Of a stretch of 64,000 bases of DNA, positions 10,901 to 19,505 are shown in pieces. Made by a program: the position numbers and the translations under genes. The notes under the pieces are model-generated. The model was not told where the DNA came from. It saw only the letters and a list, made by a program, of their open reading frames with translations, and ran no database searches. Position 1 is the stretch's first letter. Each line of letters starts with the position of its first letter. Source of the stretch: Armatimonadota bacterium (GTDB taxonomy: Bacteria; Armatimonadota; UBA5829; DSUL01); assembly GCA_052033935.1 (NCBI GenBank), contig JBPOJE010000073.1:2159-66158 (forward strand), given 5' to 3'.

Positions 10901-11000
10901 CGGGTGGGACTACGGACTGGACGGCGCGCGCTCGGCGAACCGGGCCTACTACGCCCCCGTCAACCGCTGGCACGACTGCGGATTCCGCCTGGCCAGGTAG
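7923..11000 (+). CDS. secreted protein with five tandem ~150-aa repeats and a C-terminal FGE-sulfatase (SUMF1/DUF323) fold domain
   Basis: ORF 7836..11000. Probable start ATG 7923 (MSRLPFIATVILALSAAAALAAS signal, AAAGG RBS). The C-terminus reads YLAAYWIGRTEVTRAQYRAFMDSGGY...GCHDMAGNAWEWCQDWY...YRVVRGGGWDY...WHDCGFRLAR, typical of the FGE-sulfatase fold. The canonical catalytic Cys pair of true FGEs is not evident. Confidence 0.75.
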   Translation: MSRLPFIATVILALSAAAALAASQPPVAGTISPASGDLEAGAVYTFTATFEDPDGYADIADCRVLLNTAISGANGIFVFYNAVSNKLYLRNDNNTAWLGGYAPGSAGTIDNSQCAVHCSGSSVSGSGNRLTVNLCILLKGSLSGITLSEWLYAGDRSKLGDGWNQAGSIRVEASPAPPVTGTISPAAGHRFAGVTHTFTATFDDPEGFEDIRDCRILLNTAISGANGIFVYFDIAKNRVYLRSDNNTAWLGGYAPGTPNTIENGRCRVYCAGTSLRGSGTRLTVTLQAYVKPGVAGKILKEWLYAGDKAGAGDGWNQAGALYFVPPAPMNTSVSPSSGRVSAPGWTTITTAQYDPNGFADIRSSYLLINSNFTGLGAVYVWYDAVEDLLYLRNDANTGWLGGFAPGSENIISNGRADLDCAATTVKGSAQTLTVGWRVNIRPPQPEWECGAWMYAADTAGLNSGFEKKGDIVFDQAPTNASLEPASGGALSVGQTSVLSAKYTDPSGAADLRGAYLVLNTTLSSFRGVSLWYDAGADRLWLRNDLNTAWLGGIAPGTSGVIENGYCKIDCAGTAVERSGTDLVVNWKIEPKASLRGKALGSWMYCVDAAGLSDGWDQMTTYTIGSYLNVSLTPSSGEVPALQPLSLTTECLAPNGAAATSTYLLLNTAVNAANGVYLYYDGPGNRLYLRNDTGSAWLGGFAPGSANTIANSLVTVNCAGTTVQSAEGRMRVAWSVEFKASDRQFTAWMYTADTARFTDGWDTMGVLQVVNPDGMVYIPAGPALIGSVGDEPYAESDELPRHEVYLAAYWIGRTEVTRAQYRAFMDSGGYHNPAYWSGEGWTWKMANDRTEPDYWAAQQDWGGSSFTQTEAHPVVGVTYYEAEAYCAWAGGYLPTEAQWEKAARWTGSTANAYPWGDVWDPEKCNNFHDRNLAGGGYQGYQTAAVGSYPAGASPYGCHDMAGNAWEWCQDWYVSYPGSSAPFDFTGAYRVVRGGGWDYGLDGARSANRAYYAPVNRWHDCGFRLAR
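7992..10233 (+). repeat. five in-frame tandem repeats (~440-456 bp each) inside the FGE-domain gene
   Basis: Protein repeats share TISPASG...YTFTATF(E/D)DP(D/E)G(F/Y)(A/E)DI(R/A)DCR(V/I)LLNTAISGANGIFV...LYLRNDNNTAWLGGYAPG...C.G...GSG.RLTV...EWLYAGD..G.GDGWNQAG. Copies 1 and 2 are also highly similar at the nucleotide level. Unit starts are near 7992, 8449, 8894, 9341 and 9796. Confidence 0.8.
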
Positions 11001-11009
11001 CGCTCTCGC

Positions 11010-11660
11010 TCAGGGCAAGCAGATACTGACGCCCTCCGAGTGCAGGTAGGCCTGCGCCATCAGCCCGAGCAGCATCACCAGCCAGAAGAACTGGTGGGCC
11101 ATCTCCTTGTTGCGGAGCAGCCTCATCAGCGAGAAATCGCCGCGCAGCGCGTCCGCGTTCCATCGCATCGGCAGGAAGCTTGGCACCCGGCGGACGTATT
11201 CCGGAAACGCCTGCGGATGAATCCGCGTGAGGTAGTCCTCTTCCCATCGTATCTGGGCCCGGTACGTTATCGCGAACGAGACCACGAACAGCAGTAGAAG
11301 CGGCAGGCTGTGGACGAAAGCGCACAGCCCAACACCCGCGACGAACGATCCGAGATACAGCGGGTTGCGAGAGAGTGCGTACGGCCCGTCCGTGGCAAGT
11401 TCGGTGATCTTTAGCAGCGTCCCGGCGGACCAGAGCCGGATCAGCATGCCGGCCGCCATCAGCGCCAGCGCCCACCACGCGAACGCCTTGCGGAGTGTCT
11501 CCGCCAGGCTCAGGTCCGGGGGAAGCGCCGCCAGTGTGCGGGCGTTCACGACGAACGCCAGCAGAAAGACGAGATAGCCGAACACCAGGCGCAGCCGGGC
11601 CGTGCGCGGCACCGGCGGCCTGTTCTTGTGCGAAGTGATATCGGGCTCGGGGGGATTCAA
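11010..11660 (-). CDS. isoprenylcysteine carboxyl methyltransferase (ICMT) / phospholipid methyltransferase family membrane protein
   Basis: 216-aa ORF, polytopic. GPYALSRNPLYLGSFV matches the ICMT/PEMT family signature. Confidence 0.7.
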   Translation of the reverse strand: MNPPEPDITSHKNRPPVPRTARLRLVFGYLVFLLAFVVNARTLAALPPDLSLAETLRKAFAWWALALMAAGMLIRLWSAGTLLKITELATDGPYALSRNPLYLGSFVAGVGLCAFVHSLPLLLLFVVSFAITYRAQIRWEEDYLTRIHPQAFPEYVRRVPSFLPMRWNADALRGDFSLMRLLRNKEMAHQFFWLVMLLGLMAQAYLHSEGVSICLP

Positions 11661-11675
11661 GACAGTCTGGATGCT

Positions 11676-12258
11676 CTACTCCTTCTGCTTCTCGGGAGCG
11701 GCGGCGGCATTGAAGCCCTGGTTTCTCAGTGTCTCAGCCTGCTTCTCCGCCTCGGCGCGCTCTTTGAAGGAACCCGCCTCGACCCGCCAGACATTCACAC
11801 CGCCGCTCGGCACCCTGGCGACTCGCGCCGTCAGCCCTTCCGCCCTGATCTCATCGGCGGCTTTCCGCGCGCCGGACTCATCCGGATAGTCGCCCACAAC
11901 CACGCAGTACGATCGGCGCGGCGTGGCGGGCCTGTCTTCGCTTATGTCCACATTCACCCCGCCCGGGGCGAGCGATGGGGGGTTCTGGACGCTATCTTGA
12001 GGGGAAGCAACCGGGCGCGCGGGGTCCACCCGGGGAGCGGGCGGCCTTGCGCCCCCGGGGAGCATCGGCCCGACGAAGTAGTACCCGATCAGCCCGCTCG
12101 CGACGAACGCGGTGAGGACTGCGAGAAACATGCCGAGCGCCCGTCCGGCGCGCCTGCGATCCACTGACCTGCGACTTTCCAATGTCCTCTGCTGCTGTGT
12201 GAAAAGTGGAGACAGACGCGTCCACGCCTCGCCTCCGTAGTGACTAGTGCACATCATA
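11676..12258 (-). CDS. SPOR domain protein (peptidoglycan-binding, division-associated)
   Basis: C-terminus RRSYCVVVGDYPDESGARKAADEIRAEGLTARV...WRVEAGSFKERAEAEKQAE is a SPOR repeat, preceded by a TM helix (MFLAVLTAFVASGLIGYYFV). The track ORF 11676..13523 is an artefactual N-terminal extension overlapping icd. Start is ambiguous (ATG 12258 or ATG 12131). Confidence 0.6.
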
Positions 12259-12518
12259 TCATGCCGTTGCGGCGGCACGAAACTCAGGCGGCAAAGCACG
12301 CGCACACAAGCGGCGCGTTCTCGTAAACTCCACGAGAGGAAACCAGCAAGTCCCGCCGCCGCCCCGTCCCTCCTGTCATTCCAGACCGATCCGGAATCCA
12401 AGCGGTTGTGCGTCCTAGGAACAGGATTCCCTGCAGACCGCAGTACGTTGGCGCAGGCTCCTGCTGGCGTGCTATAGTTCCAACAACCCGGCAACGGGAA
12501 CTGCTGGAGGTCAGAGTT

Positions 12519-13598
12519 TTGAGCCACAAAGTAACCCTCATCCGCGGAGACGGCACTGGTCCGGAGCTTGTCGAGGCTGCGCGCCGCGTGATAGACGCCC
12601 TCGGCGCGGGCGTTGACTGGGAAGTGATGGATGCTGGCGTTGACGTGATGGAGGCGAAGGGAACGCCGCTTCCGCCCGAGGTCATCGAAAGCATCCGCCG
12701 CAATGGGGTTGCGCTGAAGGGCCCCATCACGACGCCAATCGGCAAGGGGTTCCGGAGCGTCAACGTGGCTCTCCGGCAGGAACTGGGACTCTACGCCTGC
12801 CTGCGCCCCTGCAAGTATTATCCGGGCATCCGCTCCAAGTACGAGAACGTGGACATTGTCATCGTCCGCGAAAACACCGAGGACCTGTACGCGGGGGTGG
12901 AGTGGGACCGCGGCACGGACGAGGCAAACGCGATCATCAAAATGGGCGGCGGCAAGGTCGCCCCGAACTCGGCCATCTCGATCAAGCCGATCAGCTACGA
13001 GGGCAGCGCCCGCATCGTCAAGTTCGCGTTCGAATACGCCGTGAAGAACGGGCGCAGGAAAGTCACCGCCATCGCGAAAGCGAACATCATGAAGTTCACG
13101 GACGGGCTGTTCTACGAGGCCGCCCGCGACATTGCGAAGCTCTACGACGGGCAGATTGAGTACGAAGAGCGCCTGATAGACAACATGTGCATGCAGCTCG
13201 TCCAGAAGCCCGAGCTGTATGATGTTCTCGTAACCGAGAACCTGTACGGAGACATCATCTCCGACCTTGCCGCGGGGCTGGTGGGCGGACTCGGCATGGC
13301 GCCGGGGGCGAACATCGGCGCTGGCGGCGCGGTCTTCGAGCCGACGCACGGCAGCGCGCCGCGCTACAAGGGGCAGAACAAGGTGAACCCCACGGCACTC
13401 ATTCTGTCGGGCGTGCTGATGCTGCGGCATATCGGAGAGGAACACGCCGCGCTTCGTCTCGAAAAAGCAGTTGCAGCCGTGATTGCCGAAGGCAAGAGCG
13501 TAACCTACGACATGAAGCCGCATCGCGACGACCCGGCGGCGGCCGGGACGTCTCAGATGGCGGACGCGATCATTGAGAAGTTGAGGGAAACCCCATAA
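12519..13598 (+). CDS. icd: NADP-dependent isocitrate dehydrogenase (homodimeric type)
   Basis: [24 protein letters not shown]...[28 protein letters not shown]...ENTEDLYAG...NLYGDIISD match the IDH/IMDH family. Probable start is TTG 12519 with a GGAGG RBS 8 nt upstream. The track ORF from 12408 adds a non-homologous leader. Confidence 0.9.
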   Translation: MSHKVTLIRGDGTGPELVEAARRVIDALGAGVDWEVMDAGVDVMEAKGTPLPPEVIESIRRNGVALKGPITTPIGKGFRSVNVALRQELGLYACLRPCKYYPGIRSKYENVDIVIVRENTEDLYAGVEWDRGTDEANAIIKMGGGKVAPNSAISIKPISYEGSARIVKFAFEYAVKNGRRKVTAIAKANIMKFTDGLFYEAARDIAKLYDGQIEYEERLIDNMCMQLVQKPELYDVLVTENLYGDIISDLAAGLVGGLGMAPGANIGAGGAVFEPTHGSAPRYKGQNKVNPTALILSGVLMLRHIGEEHAALRLEKAVAAVIAEGKSVTYDMKPHRDDPAAAGTSQMADAIIEKLRETP

Positions 13599-13645
13599 GA
13601 GAAGCGCCTCGCCTGCGCGGCGGGACTGGAGACGGGAGTCAGGAA

Positions 13646-14728
13646 ATGAGCAGAGTGTACAATTTCAGCGCGGGGCCGGCTGTTCTGCCGGAGGAAGTCC
13701 TGCGAATTGCCGGCGAGGAGATTCTCGACTGGCGTGGCAGCGGAATGTCGGTGATGGAAATGAGCCATCGTGGCAAGGAGTTCATTGGCATCGCGGCGGA
13801 GGCGGAAGCCGACCTGTGCGAGCTTCTGAAGATTCCGGACAACTACAAGGTGCTGTTCCTGCAGGGCGGCGCGACGGGGCAGTTCGCGGCCGTGCCGATG
13901 AACCTGCTCCGGGGCAAGACCTCAGCCGACTACGTTCACACCGGGCAGTGGGCCAAGAAGGCCATCGCCGAGGCGAAGAAGTACTGCGCGGTGAACGTCG
14001 CCGCGTCGAGCGAGGACGAGAGCTTCACCTACGCTCCGCCGATGGACACCTGGCAGCTCTCGAAGGATGCCGCCTACGTCCATTACACCGCCAACGAGAC
14101 GATCGGCGGCGTGGAGTATCACTGGGTTCCGGAGACGGGCGGTGTGCCGCTTGCGTGCGACATGAGTTCGGATTTCCTGTCGCGCCCGGTGGATGTTTCG
14201 AAGTTCGGCGTCATCTACGCGGGAGCGCAAAAGAACGTGGCGCCGGCGGGGCTGACCATCGTGATCGTCCGCGAGGACCTGATGGGCGATCCGATTCCGT
14301 GCACGCCCACACTCTTCTGCTACAAGACGCAGGCAGACAACGACTCGATGTACAACACCCCTCCTTGCTGGACGATCTACGTGGCGGGGCTAGTGTTCAA
14401 GCGGCTCAAGACGCTCGGTGGGCTGGCGGAGATGGAGAAGGTCAACATCCGCAAGTCGCAGGCGCTCTACGATCTCATTGATGCGAGCGCGCTGTACCGC
14501 TCGCCGGTCCGCAAGTCCGACCGCTCGCGCATGAACATCCCGTTCACGCTTTCCAAAGACGGGCTCGACGAGCAGTTCCTGAAGGAAGCGAAGGAGAACG
14601 GGCTGATCCAGCTCAAGGGCCACCGTTCGGTCGGCGGCATGCGCGCGTCGCTGTACAACGCGATGTCGGAGGCCGGGGTCAAGGCGCTCTGCGATTTCAT
14701 GCGCGATTTCGAGAAGCGCAACGGCTAG
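13646..14728 (+). CDS. serC: phosphoserine aminotransferase
   Basis: MSRVYNFSAGPAVLPEEVLRIAGEEILDWRGSGMSVMEMSHRGKEF...LFLQGGATGQFAAVPMNLL is the SerC class V aminotransferase signature. 360 aa. Confidence 0.92.
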   Translation: MSRVYNFSAGPAVLPEEVLRIAGEEILDWRGSGMSVMEMSHRGKEFIGIAAEAEADLCELLKIPDNYKVLFLQGGATGQFAAVPMNLLRGKTSADYVHTGQWAKKAIAEAKKYCAVNVAASSEDESFTYAPPMDTWQLSKDAAYVHYTANETIGGVEYHWVPETGGVPLACDMSSDFLSRPVDVSKFGVIYAGAQKNVAPAGLTIVIVREDLMGDPIPCTPTLFCYKTQADNDSMYNTPPCWTIYVAGLVFKRLKTLGGLAEMEKVNIRKSQALYDLIDASALYRSPVRKSDRSRMNIPFTLSKDGLDEQFLKEAKENGLIQLKGHRSVGGMRASLYNAMSEAGVKALCDFMRDFEKRNG

Positions 14729-14729
14729 G

Positions 14730-14918
14730 GAGCGGCTCTACACCAACCCGAAGCAGCCGTTCGGCCAGACCGAGGCCGACTTCGCCATCATCGTCGTTCC
14801 CCCAGCGTTTCATGAAAAGATGGTGGATATGGCTGTCGAACACGGCGGCCATATTCTCTCCGGGAAGCCGATCGCTGATTCGGTGGAGGCCTGCTGCCGC
14901 ATTTGTTGCCGCGGGTGA
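14730..14918 (+). pseudogene. relic fragment of a Gfo/Idh/MocA-family oxidoreductase (internal ~60-aa Rossmann segment only)
   Basis: Translation ERLYTNPKQPFGQTEADFAIIVVPPAFHEKMVDMAVEHGGHILSGKPIADSVEACCRICCRG* matches the conserved D-A-V-x-I-x-T-P...H.......G-K-H-V-L-x-E-K-P-[IML]-A region of Gfo/Idh/MocA enzymes. It has no N-terminal GxGxxG or C-terminal domain, and lies in the serC-FDP intergenic gap. Confidence 0.5.
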
Positions 14919-15017
14919 TTCCACTTGCGGACATGGGGTATATTCCAGAGGATTAACATTCTGCCCGCGCTCAGGAGGGAGCCGGGCGGGTTTTTGACAG
15001 GCGCTAACGATAACACG

Positions 15018-16196
15018 ATGCAGAAGCGAAAGATTGCTGACGGAATCTACTGGCTGGGCGCGCTCGATTGGGACAGGAGGCTGTTCGACTCGCTGGTTCC
15101 GCTACCGGACGGCACGTCGTACAACGCCTATCTCGTGCAGGGCAGAGACAAGACCGCTCTGCTCGATACCGTTGATTCGATCATGGCGGGCAAACTCCTG
15201 GCGCAGCTCGAAGACGTGCCCAAAGTTGACTGCATCGTCTCGCATCACGCGGAGCAGGATCACTCGGGCACGATTCCTCTAGTTATGGAGAGGTATCCCG
15301 AAGCGAAGGTCATCGGCACCTCCAAGAACAAAGCCATGCTCTACGACCTGCTCAGGGTGCCGGAAGAGCGGTATGTGGCTGTCGAGGACGGCGAGACGCT
15401 GCCGCTAGGCGGCAGGACGCTGAAGTTCATCCACACGCCGTGGGTGCACTGGCCGGAGACGATGGTGAGCTATCTGGAAGAGGAGCGCATTCTGTTCAGT
15501 TGCGACTTCTTCGGATCGCACATGGCCGCAAGCGATCTGTTCGTGACCGACCAGTCGCGCGTTTACGAAGCGGCGAAGCGCTATTACGCGGAGATCATGA
15601 TGCCGTATGGCAACATGATCGCGAAGAACATCAAGAAAATCGAGCCGTACGATATCCGGATGATCGCCCCCAGCCACGGGCAGCTCTATGACGATCCAGC
15701 ATGGATCCGCGACGCGTACCGCGACTGGGTGACGGGGCCGCCGCGCAATCTGGTTGCCCTGCCTTACGTATCCATGCACGGCAGCACGCAGCAGATGGTG
15801 GAGCATCTGACGAACGCCCTGGTGGGGCACGGAGTACGGGTGGAGCCCTTCAACCTTGACGTCACGGACATCGGGAAGCTGGCGATGGCGCTGGTGGACG
15901 CCGCGACGATTGTGGTGGGCACCCCGACCGTGCTGGCCGGCCCGCATCCGCTGTCGGCTTACGCGGTGTTCCTCGCCAACGCTTTGAGGCCGAAGGCTCA
16001 GTTTCTTGCCATTATCGGCTCCTATCAATGGGGCGGCAAGGCGGTGGACACGCTTGCGGGGATGGCTTCGAACATCAGAGCGGAGGTGCTCGGTTCGGTC
16101 ATGAGCCGGGGACTGCCACTCGAGAGTGACTTCGGGGCGCTGGACGAGCTCGCGGCGCTCATCGCGGAGAAGCACAGACAACTCAATCTCCCCTAG
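15018..16196 (+). CDS. flavodiiron protein (type A flavoprotein; metallo-beta-lactamase-like di-iron domain + flavodoxin domain), NO/O2 reductase family
   Basis: MQKRKIADGIYWLGALDWDRRLFDSL...YNAYLV...VDCIVSHHAEQDHSG...FIHTPWVHWPETMVSYL...LFSCDFFGSH is characteristic of FprA/FDP. Start ATG 15018 is preferred over the track start 14925. Confidence 0.85.
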   Translation: MQKRKIADGIYWLGALDWDRRLFDSLVPLPDGTSYNAYLVQGRDKTALLDTVDSIMAGKLLAQLEDVPKVDCIVSHHAEQDHSGTIPLVMERYPEAKVIGTSKNKAMLYDLLRVPEERYVAVEDGETLPLGGRTLKFIHTPWVHWPETMVSYLEEERILFSCDFFGSHMAASDLFVTDQSRVYEAAKRYYAEIMMPYGNMIAKNIKKIEPYDIRMIAPSHGQLYDDPAWIRDAYRDWVTGPPRNLVALPYVSMHGSTQQMVEHLTNALVGHGVRVEPFNLDVTDIGKLAMALVDAATIVVGTPTVLAGPHPLSAYAVFLANALRPKAQFLAIIGSYQWGGKAVDTLAGMASNIRAEVLGSVMSRGLPLESDFGALDELAALIAEKHRQLNLP

Positions 16197-16278
16197 AAGT
16201 GGGGGCACACGGACCGGCGGCCTGTCAGCCGTCACAGCGCCCCTGACCCCGGGCAATCCACGGGAAAGGGCATCAGCA

Positions 16279-17948
16279 GTGTATTGTTTTCAGTGCTAGG
16301 AGACAGCCAAGAACGAGGGCTGCAGCATCAGGGGAATATGCGGCAAGGCACCGGAGACCGCCGATCTTCAGTATCTGCTTATCTACGTGTGCAAGGGGAT
16401 ATCTGTTTTTGCCAGCAGGCTCGGCCAGTTCGGCCCGGTTGACAAGAAGTACGGGCGCGCGGTCTATCAGGGCCTATTCGTAACCGTCACAAACGTCGCG
16501 TGGGACAATGGCACCATTGTGGAGCACATCCGCGAGGCGCTCGCCGTGCGAGACGCGATCAAGGCGGAGTTTCTGGCGGCCTACAAGGAAAAGAACGGCA
16601 GCGGCTTCGCCGAAGCGCTGCCCGATTGCGCCGCCTGGAGCCCGGCCGATGACGCCGAAATCCTCGCAAAGGCCGGATCCGGCGAAGTGCGCATCACCGC
16701 TCAGGAGAACGAGGACGTCCGGTCGCTGCGCGATCTGCTGACTATCGGCTGCAAGGGGATCGCCGCCTACGCCTGGCACGCCGCCGTGCTGGGACACGAG
16801 AAGGCCGAGATCTACGCCTTCATCATGGAAGCCCTCGATTCGACGACGAAGGACCTCTCGGTTGACGAGATGGTGAGGCTGGTGATGAAGGCCGGCGAGA
16901 TGTCCGTCGCGGCCCTGGCGCTCTTGAACGAGGCGAACACCTCCGCCTACGGCAGCCCCGAGATCACCGAAGTGAACCTCGGAGTTCGGAACAATCCGGG
17001 TATCCTCATCCCCGGGCACGATCTGAAGGACATGGAAGAGCTGCTGAAGCAGACCGAGGGCATGGGCGTGGACGTTTACACGCACGGCGAGATGCTTCCG
17101 GCGAGCTACTACCCGGCGTTCAAGAAGTACGGGCACTTCGTGGGCAACTACGGCGGGTCGTGGTGGCATCAGACACGGGATTTCGAGGCGTTCAACGGGC
17201 CGATTCTGATGACGGCCAACTGCCTGGTTCCGCTCAAGCTCGAGAACACCTATCTCGACCGGCTGTTCACCACCGGCGTGGTCAGCTACCCGGGCGCCAC
17301 CCACGTTCCGGATAGGGCGGATGGCGGCGCGAAGGACTTCTCGAAGCTGATCGAGCGGGCGAAGGACTGCAAGCCGCCCACCGGGCTGGAGACAGGCAAG
17401 CTCGTGGGAGGGTTCGCGCACAATCAGGTGCTGGCCCTCGCGGACAAGGTTGTGGATGCCGTCAAGTCAGGCTCCATCAAGCGCTTCGTTGTGATGGCTG
17501 GCTGCGACGGCAGGAAGAAGGAGCGGCAGTACTTCACGGATGTCGCCGCCGCTCTGCCGAAGGACACCAGATCCTTACGGCCGGCTGCGCGAAGTACCGC
17601 TACAACAAGCTGGAACTCGGCGACATCGGCGGCATTCCGCGCGTGTTGGACGCCGGCCAGTGCAACGACTCGTACTCGCTGGTGGTGATCGCCCTCAAGC
17701 TGAAGGAAGTCTTCGGGCTCGAGGACATCAACGATCTGCCGATCTCATACAACATCGCCTGGTACGAGCAGAATGCCGTGGCCGTTCTACTGGCGCTGCT
17801 CTATTTGGGTGTCAAGGGAATCCGGCTGGGCCCGACCCTGCCCGCGTTCCTTTCGCCGAACGTGGCGAAGGTACTTGTGGGGAAATTCGACATCAAGCCG
17901 ATCGGAATGGTCGGGGACGATGTCGCGGCGATGATGGCCGGGAAGTAG
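16279..17948 (+). pseudogene. hcp: hybrid-cluster protein / hydroxylamine reductase (Hcp), disrupted by an in-frame TAG at codon 7 and a 1-nt deletion frameshift near 17567
   Basis: GTG 16279 (GGGAAAGGG RBS) gives VYCFQC*ETAKNEGCSIRGICGKAPETADLQYLL, the Hcp N-terminal Cys cluster, with TAG at 16297-16299 where Hcp has Glu. The frame continues into track ORF 16387..17688. At ...ALPKDT|RSLR the frame slips, and the C-terminus [36 protein letters not shown]...[16 protein letters not shown] continues in the +2 frame to 17948 (track ORF 17643..17948). Confidence 0.8.
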
Positions 17949-17985
17949 CACCAGACCCGGCGCTGTTGTTGTCCGGCCGGGTTCG

Positions 17986-19495
17986 TCAGTGGGAGTCCTG
18001 AAAAACGGAGTAAGACTCGCCGGGGCCGACAGGTGCCAGCCTGATGTCCTTCTCGCAGACCCAGCCCGCGCCTTCGGCAACCTCCACCTTCCACCAATGT
18101 CCGCCCAGCCCCAGGATGCCGTTCAGCCCGTGGGCGGATACTCTGCCAGCGGAACCTGCCTCGGCTGTTGCTGCCGCCGCATAGTTCATGCCGGGTCCAA
18201 GCCGCAGTTCCACAGCGTTCTTGAGCGCGATTCGCACGCTTTGCGCGAGTCGGTGGCTGCGGACCTCCGGAAGCAGATTGACCATGACGCTGCCGTTCGC
18301 GACCGGGCGCTCCGGGCCGTCCGAAGTCTTGTTGACCACCTTCCCGTTGATCCACAGGGTCGAGGAGCCGCCGCCGTCCTGGTTCGTGCCCCATGTGGCC
18401 TTTAGCTCGTCCCGGCAGAACGCGCCAAGCTCGGCCATGTTCATCCCCACGCTCACGCCCGGGTCGCGCCCGTCGCAGACGATGAAGAACACGTAGTGGG
18501 CGTTGTATGCGATGGCGGTGCGGGGGGTGCGGATGAGCAGGCCCTTGTTGTCCGTCTCCACAATCCGGCCGTCGCGCAGAAAGGTGAAGTTGCCGCCCAC
18601 GCACGAGTATGACCGCCGCCAGTCGAGCGGACGCCGCGTTTCGCAGTCCTTCTCCCAAGTGCTCAGAACCTGCGAAAACGTGACTCTGCCTCCGGGCGAG
18701 GCTGCTTTCGCGAGCGCATCGGCGTCGCGTCCCTCGGCCGAGAGCACCACGCAGTCGAACGGGATGGGTGTGGAGCCTTTGCCGCTGCGGACATCGAGCA
18801 CGGTTCCCCGCGCGGCTCTAGGCCGGGCACCGTGAGGCCGACCGGGCCGTTCACCTGCACGAGCACTTCCACGCCGTTGCCCGAAGTCATCGTCGTGGCG
18901 TCGAAGTGGGGAGTGTAGAGCACGAGTTCGTTTGTCTGGCGGGGTTCGTTGACGCGGCTGATCCCCAGTTCCGGGCCGCCGTCACACCGAACCGCGCGGC
19001 CTGCTCCTCGCGCTTGTGGCTCACGCAGTCGCCGATGAACGTCTCCCTGTCCAGCGTCCACACGAATCCGCTCATGCCGCCATACTCGAAGAACCGGTGC
19101 GCGTACCACCCGCCAAGAATCTGCCCGCCCGTCTGAACGCCGGTGCGTGGGTTGAAGAAGTCGCCGTTGATGGCGGCGACGGCCTTGTTTCGCCGCTTCC
19201 AGCGTCCGCCCCAGGTATTGATCGCGCCGTCGTAGCGCTTCACCTGGTCGCGCACGGTCTCGCGCGCGCCGGACACCGTGCCGCCCGCCACCATGCTGTC
19301 GATCGTGCAGTTCGGATTCGCCCGGTCCATCCGCACGACGAACACGTTGTTCGGGTGCGGCAGGGTGAACTTCTGATACTCGAAGCCGTCGCCTACCGGC
19401 GTCCACGCAAGGGCGCGGCCGTCGGCGATGGCCAGCGCGGCGAAGAGCCCGAGCGCCCACCTCAGACGAGACGAAGGAGACTTCCAGCCATTCAT
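17986..19495 (-). pseudogene. phosphodiester glycosidase (DUF2233 / NAGPA-like) family secreted protein, interrupted by two frameshifts as assembled
   Basis: N-terminal ORF 18887..19495 has a signal peptide plus AINGDFF...GMSGFVWTLDRE. The middle segment (...CDGGPELGISRVNEPRQTNELVLYTPHFDATTMTSGNGVEVLVQVNGP) is in a second frame. The C-terminal ORF 17986..18801 (YNAHYVFFIVCDGR...NQDGGGSSTLWINGKVVN) is in a third. Shifts are near 18990 and near 18805 (at a GGGG run). Confidence 0.65.
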
Positions 19496-19505
19496 CCTGC
19501 GCGGG

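Noticed and set aside
11676-13523. 615-aa minus ORF spanning the icd region
   Set aside because: Only the last ~150-190 codons (SPOR domain protein) look real. The upstream part is an antisense extension across isocitrate dehydrogenase.
16297-16299. In-frame TAG in hcp as a pyrrolysine codon
   Set aside because: Pyrrolysine usage is confined to a few archaeal and bacterial groups with pyl genes and methylamine metabolism. Here the TAG replaces a conserved Glu next to the Fe-S Cys motif and a second lesion exists downstream, so nonsense mutation or error is far more likely.
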